A stretch of 32,000 bases of DNA from Ruminococcus albus 7 = DSM 20455 (GTDB lineage: Bacteria; Bacillota; Clostridia; Oscillospirales; Ruminococcaceae), in assembly GCF_000179635.2 (NCBI RefSeq), contig NC_014833.1, positions 2,160,001 to 2,192,000 on the forward strand, read 5' to 3'. The notes under the pieces were generated by a model. The model worked only from the letters and a program-made list of their open reading frames with translations. It made no database searches and was not told the DNA's origin. Shown piece by piece: positions 25,497 through 32,000 of the stretch. The position numbers were made by a program, and so were the translations under genes. Position 1 is the stretch's first letter, and each line of letters opens with the position of its first letter.

Positions 25497-25799
25497 ATGA
25501 GAGAAATTACAAATGAGATCAAAGCTGAGATCAAGGACATGATATTTGATTATTATGCAGAGGAATGCGAAGTTGACAAAACATCCATAAATGAAAATAC
25601 CAATCTTCAGGATGACCTGGAAAGCGATTCCCTGATGCTGGTAGAGCTGATCGAGATGACCGCTGATAAGTTCGACATGGACATAAAGTTACAGAGTATC
25701 GGTAAATATATGCTGAAAACACCCATGAACACCATGAGTGACGTTATTGATATGTTCTGCAAAGTATATCAGTACGGTAATGATATCGTTGATCAGTAA
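25497..25799 (+). CDS. Acyl carrier protein
   Basis: LQDDLESDSLMLVELIEM contains the DSL phosphopantetheine attachment motif. 100 aa and acidic. GGAGG RBS. Confidence 0.85.
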   Translation: MREITNEIKAEIKDMIFDYYAEECEVDKTSINENTNLQDDLESDSLMLVELIEMTADKFDMDIKLQSIGKYMLKTPMNTMSDVIDMFCKVYQYGNDIVDQ

Positions 25800-25810
25800 G
25801 AGGATAAGCA

Positions 25811-26527
25811 GTGAAATCAGTTTTATCAGAGATACATTCCGAAGGCAGTATTGCAGTGCTCACCATCGAAAACGGTCCGAAAAACCTGATATCCGAACCG
25901 GAATTCATCGAGCGTGAGAAGCTGATAGCGTGGCTGGAGGAGAATCCACAGACTAAGGCACTGATCATAACAGGGAATGGAAAGCATTTCTCGCACGGTG
26001 CCGATGTTTCGCTATTTGATGCGGATAATGTAAATAGCATTTCTGACAAGCTCAAAAAGGGCAGGGAACTGCTGAACACAATCGAGCACCTGCCTATATT
26101 AACTGTAGCAGCTGTTAACGGAGGCTGCTTCGGCGGCGGACTTGAAATTGCAATGAGTTGTCAGTTTCGTATTGCCTCATCCAAAGCGCGTATGGGACTT
26201 ACTGAGGTCATGCATGGAGTAGTTCCGGGCATGGGTGGAATGGAACGACTTTCCCGTATTGTTGGCAGGGATAAGGCTCTGCAAATGATATTGCAGGGCG
26301 AAATGCTATCAGCTGATAAGGCGTTCTCTATCGGACTTGTTACAAAAGTAACCGAGGAAAAGGACGCTCTCCCCGAGGCACTGAGATTTGCTGAGGATAT
26401 TGTATCATCAGCAAGCATAACCGTGATAAATTCGGTAATAAATACGTTGAACAGGGCTGTTGACGGTGATGCTGATCCTTCATCCGGTGCTTTTGAAGCG
26501 GCACTTGAGGAGGCTTTCAGAAAATGA
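25811..26527 (+). CDS. Enoyl-CoA hydratase/isomerase (crotonase) family protein 1
   Basis: TGNGKHFSHGADV oxyanion-hole segment, NGGCFGGGLEIAMSC and GLTEVMHGVVPGMGG. GTG start. Confidence 0.85.
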   Translation: MKSVLSEIHSEGSIAVLTIENGPKNLISEPEFIEREKLIAWLEENPQTKALIITGNGKHFSHGADVSLFDADNVNSISDKLKKGRELLNTIEHLPILTVAAVNGGCFGGGLEIAMSCQFRIASSKARMGLTEVMHGVVPGMGGMERLSRIVGRDKALQMILQGEMLSADKAFSIGLVTKVTEEKDALPEALRFAEDIVSSASITVINSVINTLNRAVDGDADPSSGAFEAALEEAFRK

Positions 26528-26940
26528 GAAAATGTGTATACAACTTGACAGTCAGAGGTTATGAACTTGACTCTTTTGGTCATGTGAACAATGCAGTTTA
26601 TTTACAGTACGCAGAAGCCGCACTCTGGAACTTTTTCAAAATAAACCAACTTATGGAGTATACTCTTGACAGGGGTATATTCCCTGTGCTTATGGAGTGT
26701 TCGCAGAGGTATATACACGAATTGAAACTGCTTGATGAGGTGCGTATTGAATCTGAGTTTACAGCCAAGGGTGAAATGATGCTCTACAAGCACAACATAA
26801 TTAACAACACCACGGGTCTGATATCCTGTAAAATAAAGGGCAGACTTATTTTCGTAAACCATGAGCGAGTGATCCACAGTATCCCTGATGAAGTCAAGGA
26901 AATATTAGAAAGTGAGACAAATGAAGATCATAATAAATGA
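26524..26940 (+). CDS. Hotdog-fold (4HBT/YbgC-like) acyl thioesterase
   Basis: VRGYELDSFGHVNNAVYLQYAEAA is the typical 4HBT class N-terminal motif. ATGA overlap with the upstream crotonase. Confidence 0.8.
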   Translation: MRKCVYNLTVRGYELDSFGHVNNAVYLQYAEAALWNFFKINQLMEYTLDRGIFPVLMECSQRYIHELKLLDEVRIESEFTAKGEMMLYKHNIINNTTGLISCKIKGRLIFVNHERVIHSIPDEVKEILESETNEDHNK

Positions 26941-27328
26941 ATTATATACAGAAGTTAGCGATGTTGATTTGCTTTCAGAACTTATATGCGCAGAACCAGG
27001 TGAGCCGTGCCTGCTCATTATCCATGATAATGGAAATATGCAGATAGGAGACGAAGCGAAGGTTTGCGATTTTTTCGCTGATCTGCCGTATATCACAGCG
27101 CTTGCTTCTGATGACCCTGATGCAGATATAGCTAAATACTTCGATATAGTTATACCTGCCGAGAATGCTGACAAATACGCAGAAATCTTGTTCAAGGAAA
27201 AGACTGAATTTCAGATCAGGGAAATAACAAGTTGCTTCGTAACTGCAAGAAACGGCTCCAGAAATGATATTCTTGATGCTGAATCAAGGTCATTTTACCG
27301 ACTTATAAAACAGATCAGCAGGAGGTGA
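26921..27328 (+). CDS. Hypothetical protein, possibly a truncated or degenerate crotonase-fold protein (135 aa)
   Basis: LPYITALASDDPDADIAKYFDIVIPAENA loosely mirrors the crotonase kPvIAAvnG.a.GGG.elal.cD..iA.e.A segment, but acidic residues sit where the glycines would be. There is no GxGxxFxxGxD segment. It overlaps the thioesterase by 20 nt. Confidence 0.45.
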   Translation: MKIIINELYTEVSDVDLLSELICAEPGEPCLLIIHDNGNMQIGDEAKVCDFFADLPYITALASDDPDADIAKYFDIVIPAENADKYAEILFKEKTEFQIREITSCFVTARNGSRNDILDAESRSFYRLIKQISRR

Positions 27329-27333
27329 GCATT

Positions 27334-28026
27334 ATGGGTGATATCCTGCTTAATAAAGAAAACGATATACTCACAGTTGTGATGAATGCACCAAAAAATA
27401 ACCTTATGACTACTCAGTTCCACAAGGAATTTGAGGCTGTTATGGAAAAAGTACGTGTGATTGCAAAGAGTGACAGTATAAGAGGTATGATAATATACGG
27501 CGGTGGAAGACATTTCTGTGTCGGTGCTGATGTTGATGCCCTTATGGAACGCTCAGCTTCGGAAGTATACGACGATACTTCCGGAGATCTTCCCGAAAGT
27601 CACATTGAGGAGAAGCATCACTTCACATTTCTGCGTGACCTTCCATTCCCGGTGATAAGCGTAGTTACAGGATTCTGTATAGGCTCAGGCAGCGAGATCG
27701 CTCTCAATTGTCACTACAGGATCGTCGAGAAGGGCGCACGTATAGGTCAGCCTGAATCTACTTTCGGCATACTTCCCGGACTTGGAGGAATTGCCGGGAC
27801 TATCGAACTTTGTGGTATGAAGAACGCCTATGAGCTTGTTATGACAGGAAGACTTTTCCCTTCTGAGGAGGCTTGCGAGCTCGGCTGGGGAGATATTCTC
27901 ACCGATAAAAAGCATGGACTTGCTGAGGCATATTCATTGATAGACTTTATATCAGAAGAATACGGTGAATTCTCACCTGAAGACTACCGCAGATATATCA
28001 GATTATACAAGATCAGGGGTGACTGA
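27334..28026 (+). CDS. Enoyl-CoA hydratase/isomerase (crotonase) family protein 2
   Basis: YGGGRHFCVGADVDAL, TGFCIGSGSEIALNC and GQPESTFGILPGLGG. GGAGG RBS 8 nt before the ATG. Confidence 0.85.
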   Translation: MGDILLNKENDILTVVMNAPKNNLMTTQFHKEFEAVMEKVRVIAKSDSIRGMIIYGGGRHFCVGADVDALMERSASEVYDDTSGDLPESHIEEKHHFTFLRDLPFPVISVVTGFCIGSGSEIALNCHYRIVEKGARIGQPESTFGILPGLGGIAGTIELCGMKNAYELVMTGRLFPSEEACELGWGDILTDKKHGLAEAYSLIDFISEEYGEFSPEDYRRYIRLYKIRGD

Positions 28027-28027
28027 C

Positions 28028-29152
28028 ATGAATATCGGAATTGCAGGGTACGGAAAAATGGGAAAAGACATTTTCTCCCTTTTCCTCGATAATCTGGATA
28101 ATGCTGTATTTACTGTACTTGTCCGTTCCGGTGCAGAAGAGTATACTGCCTCTGTATTAAAGACTCTTGATAAACAGCTTCGACGGAAGAAACTGACTCA
28201 GGATGAATACAAATCTAAGAAAGCTGCCTTCAGATTTACTTGTGACCCTGCTGACTTTAAAGACTGTGATGCAGTGATCGAGACTATTTCTGAGAAACTT
28301 GAGTCTAAAAATTCGCTTTTCAGAAATATTGCAGATATAGTTTCTGATAATTGCCTGCTTATGACAAATACTTCGTCGCTGAATATAGAGAACGTTTTCA
28401 CGGGCGTTTCAGGCACTCAGCGCTGCATGGGTATGCACTTTTTCTACCCTGTCAAACTTGCAGAATTCGTAGAACTTAACCTTATGGATAATACTTCCGA
28501 AGAAGCTCTGCAACTGGCAGAAAACCTTGTGCATGACTGCGGACGCAGGAGTATTCGTTTTCGCGGGAATTATCATTTGTATCTTAATCAGATACTTTCT
28601 GCTATGGTATCACATGGCATATATCTTTGTGATTTTTTAAACACTTCTATTCCGGATCTTTCAGCTTCTTTGGAAAAGATGTATTCCGTCGCTGGTGTAT
28701 TCGATATACTTGACAGCGTTGGACTTGGACTTATGGCTGAAAATCAGACAAATTTCCGATTGGAACGCAATAAGCAGCTTCTGGAATATGGCTGTGATCA
28801 AATGAAGTACTGGCTGAGTCAGGGCTGTGCGGATAGTCCGCGTAGTTTCATTGACTTTATCAAGTGTCAGGAGCAGGAGAGCGATAATGTAGAAAACTGT
28901 GACGATGCTCCTATTTATATGGCTGCATTTATCCTTGCTGAAACATCTTTCGCGCTTGAAGAATCTTGTATCAATCCTGATATTCTCCTTGAAGGTGTAA
29001 GATGTACTCTCGGCACAGTTGATACACTACCGGAAATGTACAGAAAATATGGTGCAGAAAAGCTCATGTCTGCACTCGATGAACTCTATGAAAAGAGCGG
29101 ATTTTCGTCTTACAGATACGATCCTGATCTATTTGATAAATATTATACGTGA
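28028..29152 (+). CDS. 3-hydroxyacyl-CoA dehydrogenase family protein (NAD-binding plus C-terminal domain, with a C-terminal extension)
   Basis: IGIAGYGKMGKDI Rossmann motif and GMHFFYPVKLAEFVEL (compare the HFFNP signature). The start is 1 nt after the upstream stop. Confidence 0.8.
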   Translation: MNIGIAGYGKMGKDIFSLFLDNLDNAVFTVLVRSGAEEYTASVLKTLDKQLRRKKLTQDEYKSKKAAFRFTCDPADFKDCDAVIETISEKLESKNSLFRNIADIVSDNCLLMTNTSSLNIENVFTGVSGTQRCMGMHFFYPVKLAEFVELNLMDNTSEEALQLAENLVHDCGRRSIRFRGNYHLYLNQILSAMVSHGIYLCDFLNTSIPDLSASLEKMYSVAGVFDILDSVGLGLMAENQTNFRLERNKQLLEYGCDQMKYWLSQGCADSPRSFIDFIKCQEQESDNVENCDDAPIYMAAFILAETSFALEESCINPDILLEGVRCTLGTVDTLPEMYRKYGAEKLMSALDELYEKSGFSSYRYDPDLFDKYYT

Positions 29153-29187
29153 TCCCGCAGGGGAGTGCTAACAGAGAGGTACGTGAA

Positions 29188-30396
29188 ATGAAAAAAGTAG
29201 TTATAACAGGGCTAGGTGCTGTAACAGCACTGGGTAATAATGTCCAGGATTACTGGAATGCGCTGATAGAAGGCAAAAGCGGTATGCGTACTATAACCCG
29301 TGTACCTGCTGAAAATCATGATACAACAGTAGCAGCCGAGGTAGATGACTCATTTGAGCAGGAAGCTTCAAAATACTGGAAAAAACGAATGCTAAGCGCA
29401 ACTACCAAAGCAGTAAGAATGGGCCTAGCTTCTGCTGGCGAAGCTATTGAGGACTGCGGCGCGGACTTCGCTTCTCTTGACCGTTCAAGGATAGGCATTA
29501 TCTATGGACTTGCGGATAATACTTACGAGGGTGTGGAGCTGGAGAATAAGTCCCATATAACACTGAAGCGTATGCAGAGCGAAATACCCGCAATGATTGC
29601 GATCAAGCATAATATCACAGGACCATCATTTAATATGAGTACTGCCTGTGCTTCATCAGGATATGCTATGGCTCTGGGTAAGCATCTGATCCAGTCAGGT
29701 CTATGTGATATGATAATAGTGGGCGGACTTTCTTATGTGGTGAACGATGCCGTACTTGACGGATTCAACCAACTTCTTGCAATGTCTGTAAACCCCGATC
29801 CGAATAAGGCAAGCCGACCTTTCACAAAAAACCGTGACGGCTTTATCATGGGCGAAGGCGGCGGAACAGTGGTTCTGGAATCTGAGGAACACGCCAGGTC
29901 AAGGGAAGCAAAGATATACTGCGAACTTGCAGGCGCATCTATAAGCTGTGAAGCTAGTAGTCTTACTGCACCTCAGGCAGATGGCGCCGGTATGGCATAC
30001 TCCATGAGATGTGCTCTTGAAGATGCCGGTATAACTCCCGATGAAGTGGGTTATATCAATGCCCATGGCACTTCTACTACGTTAAATGATCTCTATGAGA
30101 CTATGGCGATAAAGCAGATCTTTGGTGAAAAAGCCTATGACATCCCGGTTTCTTCCATAAAGGCAGCTATCGGTCATACCCTTGCCGGATGCGGCGTAAT
30201 TGAGGCTATCGCATGCGTCAAAGCTATCGAGGAAGGCATATTACCGCCTACAGTTCATTTCGATGAACCTGATCCGGAGCTTGATCTGAACTACATACCC
30301 AATTCAGCACTTAAAAAGGATATCAATGTTGCTGTATCTAATGCTTTTGGCTTTGGCGGGCATGATGCGACACTAGTTTTCAGAAAATATAACTGA
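29188..30396 (+). CDS. Beta-ketoacyl-ACP synthase, FabF/KAS-II type (Cys-His-His)
   Basis: VVITGLGAVTALG, active-site TACASSG, NAHGTSTTLND, KAAIGHTLAGCG and the C-terminal FGFGGHDATLVF. Confidence 0.9.
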   Translation: MKKVVITGLGAVTALGNNVQDYWNALIEGKSGMRTITRVPAENHDTTVAAEVDDSFEQEASKYWKKRMLSATTKAVRMGLASAGEAIEDCGADFASLDRSRIGIIYGLADNTYEGVELENKSHITLKRMQSEIPAMIAIKHNITGPSFNMSTACASSGYAMALGKHLIQSGLCDMIIVGGLSYVVNDAVLDGFNQLLAMSVNPDPNKASRPFTKNRDGFIMGEGGGTVVLESEEHARSREAKIYCELAGASISCEASSLTAPQADGAGMAYSMRCALEDAGITPDEVGYINAHGTSTTLNDLYETMAIKQIFGEKAYDIPVSSIKAAIGHTLAGCGVIEAIACVKAIEEGILPPTVHFDEPDPELDLNYIPNSALKKDINVAVSNAFGFGGHDATLVFRKYN

Positions 30397-30412
30397 GAGA
30401 GGAATGGAAAAA

Positions 30413-30766
30413 ATGCCTATCGCACAGATGAAAACCAACTTCAAAATGAACGACGTTTCTAAAAAGGAATTTCTGGATGATATTGCAGGGGAAATGGCAA
30501 AGCTTCTGAAAAAGCCCATTCCGGCTGTAATGGTCATGCTGGACAACTGCTATATGGACATGAATAGATCTGAGGATACCGTTTTTTTCTCTGAATTCCG
30601 CTACGTTATGCCACAGGAATTTGACGGCGATAAAAGTGGATTTATGAAAAAGTTTGCAGATACAATGCTGGCAGTCATCCAAAAACACACAAAAGTTGAT
30701 CCCTACCGCATATATATGCAGTTTACAGAGATGGACAGACAGAGCGCTTGGCACTATACAGAATGA
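30413..30766 (+). CDS. MIF / D-dopachrome-tautomerase-like tautomerase superfamily protein (117 aa) with predicted catalytic Pro1
   Basis: MPIAQMKTNF...ISxxLAKLLKKPIPAVMV...DPYRIYMQFTEMDRQSAWHY parallels MIF (MPMFIVNTNV...ATGKPPQYIAV...[20 protein letters not shown]). The chosen ATG leaves Pro directly after Met. Confidence 0.65.
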   Translation: MPIAQMKTNFKMNDVSKKEFLDDIAGEMAKLLKKPIPAVMVMLDNCYMDMNRSEDTVFFSEFRYVMPQEFDGDKSGFMKKFADTMLAVIQKHTKVDPYRIYMQFTEMDRQSAWHYTE

Positions 30767-30781
30767 GAAAGGAATGATAAT

Positions 30782-31906
30782 ATGAAATGGTCAATAAGAG
30801 AACTTCTTAACCCGGTGGTCACCAGATCAATGCTTTACGGAAGTGATCCATTTGATACAGAATACGTTTTGAAAAGAGTAGACGAGATAGACGTCATGAG
30901 CGGTAAGAAAATACAGGCTGTATGGCTTGGTGAATGGGGCAAGAAGATCGCTCATTACGCAGAACTTCGTGATCAGAACGAGGCTAAGGAAAACCGTATC
31001 TCTGCAAGAGCATACGCTAAAATGGTCGCTCAGTGCTGGTACGCTTGCTATATGGTTAATATTCAGGACTTGGAGCAGAAGGTCTCCATTTATAATAACC
31101 TGGCTGAAAGCTACAGAAAGTATACTGAACTATGCGATAACAAGATAGAGTACGTTGAGATAGATACAGCTTTCGGAAAGCTTCCTGCTTATATCCACTA
31201 TCCCGATGACGGCAGCAAGGAAAGCTATCCTATCGCTATAACCTACTCGGGCATCGGTAGCTGTAAAGAGGAACTTGATATGCTGGCAATGCCACTTAAT
31301 GAGCGTGGAGTTGCAGTTATAACCCCTGATATGCCCGGAACAGGCGGCGCTGTTATATGGAATAACGTGAAGTGCGGCGGTGACGAACTGGAAGCCGCTT
31401 TCGATGGTATTTACAAGTTCATTGACAGCCGCAGTGAACTGGACAGCACCCGTATAGCTAACTTTGGTCTGTGCATGGGCGGCGGTTATGCTATCAGAGC
31501 AACAGCAAAGAATCCTGCTGTTAAATGCTGCGTAGCACTTTTCCCGCTTATGATATGCTATTGCAAGCTTGATTCCGTACCGATATGGATGAAGAAGGGC
31601 AAGTGGACTTCCTACCAGACAAATGATGACTATATGGAAACGATGAATGTTCTCTCCGAGGGTACTCTCAGCTCCGATTTCTTCCTTGTTCACAGCGATT
31701 ACGATAACTGGATGACCCACGAGGCAAATGATATCCTCTACAGCAAGGCTACAGGTTACAAGGAGAGACTTGAAGTTACTGAAAGACCTGCCTATGTTTC
31801 CGAGGAAACTATCATGCACGCAATGCCGGTAGGTGAGCAGTTCCATTGGGTAAAGCATATAACTGCTGATTTCATTGCACAGAGACTTACAGGAGAAACC
31901 AAATGA
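30782..31906 (+). CDS. Alpha/beta hydrolase (DUF1100/FrsA-like architecture) with Cys at the nucleophile elbow
   Basis: The nucleophile elbow reads FGLCMGGGYA (G-x-C-x-G, as in dienelactone hydrolase GYCLGG). An N-terminal helical lid region precedes the hydrolase core. Candidate acid (HSDYDNW) and His (IMHAMP) follow. Confidence 0.7.
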   Translation: MKWSIRELLNPVVTRSMLYGSDPFDTEYVLKRVDEIDVMSGKKIQAVWLGEWGKKIAHYAELRDQNEAKENRISARAYAKMVAQCWYACYMVNIQDLEQKVSIYNNLAESYRKYTELCDNKIEYVEIDTAFGKLPAYIHYPDDGSKESYPIAITYSGIGSCKEELDMLAMPLNERGVAVITPDMPGTGGAVIWNNVKCGGDELEAAFDGIYKFIDSRSELDSTRIANFGLCMGGGYAIRATAKNPAVKCCVALFPLMICYCKLDSVPIWMKKGKWTSYQTNDDYMETMNVLSEGTLSSDFFLVHSDYDNWMTHEANDILYSKATGYKERLEVTERPAYVSEETIMHAMPVGEQFHWVKHITADFIAQRLTGETK

Positions 31907-32000
31907 GCATGAATTTCTTTGATTATTACAGCAAATACGCTCAGGAGACACCTGACAAGATCCTTCTGAGAATAGATGAGAATACACTGACATACAGTCA
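31903..32000 (+). CDS. AMP-dependent synthetase/ligase (acyl-CoA/acyl-ACP ligase), 5' end only, truncated by the window edge
   Basis: MSMNFFDYYSKYAQETPDKILLRIDENTLTYS matches the usual N-terminus of adenylate-forming ligases (..A...PDK.AL......LTY). ATGA overlap with the upstream stop. Confidence 0.5.
   Translation, partial: MSMNFFDYYSKYAQETPDKILLRIDENTLTYS

Noticed and set aside
31130-31993. 287-aa minus-strand ORF
   Set aside because: It is antisense to the well-supported alpha/beta hydrolase and ligase genes and has no motifs.
1-32000. CRISPR arrays, tRNA/rRNA genes, integrase or att sites
   Set aside because: No regularly spaced direct repeats, cloverleaf-like sequences or tyrosine/serine recombinase ORFs were seen anywhere in the window.

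Overview
The window looks like chromosomal DNA from a low-GC, cellulolytic Ruminococcus-like Clostridia member. This taxon call is an inference from one secreted GH43 enzyme with a C-terminal dockerin, the AT-rich intergenic regions and GGAGG-type ribosome-binding sites (RBS). No rRNA, tRNA or CRISPR array was seen. Blocks in order: (1) 1-700, a small acidic protein plus an SSB-like protein, which looks like the edge of a mobile element. (2) 750-3400, a translationally coupled pair behind a consensus promoter: a MazG-like NTP pyrophosphohydrolase and a large fusion of a Vsr/DUF559-like nuclease, an SF2 DEAH helicase and an HTH. I read this as a candidate uncharacterised defence module. (3) 3400-4300, three gene remnants. 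(4) 4400-12900, a GNAT gene, then a plant cell-wall locus: LacI regulator, C_GCAxxG protein, feruloyl-esterase-like hydrolase, GH43-CBM13-dockerin enzyme, and a sugar-binding/degenerate-GGDEF/AraC hybrid regulator. (5) 13200-16700, a SAM methyltransferase and an ArsB/NhaD-type permease whose start codon appears cut off from its promoter and RBS by an IS256-family insertion. (6) 16900-21000, two SDR/epimerase genes and a small 11-mer-repeat protein, divergent from an OmpR/HK two-component system, with 22-bp-phased direct repeats in the shared promoter region. (7) 21200-23840, a folate operon (HD hydrolase, folP, folB-folK, DHFR). (8) 24400-32000+, a tightly packed orphan FAS/type-II-PKS-like biosynthetic operon that runs off the window end: trans-AT, ACP, three crotonase-fold proteins (one degenerate), hotdog thioesterase, 3-hydroxyacyl-CoA dehydrogenase, FabF-type KS, MIF-like tautomerase, Cys-nucleophile alpha/beta hydrolase, AMP-ligase. 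The defence-like pair and the biosynthetic operon are the two strongest candidates for something new. All family assignments come from motif recognition by eye; no searches were run.
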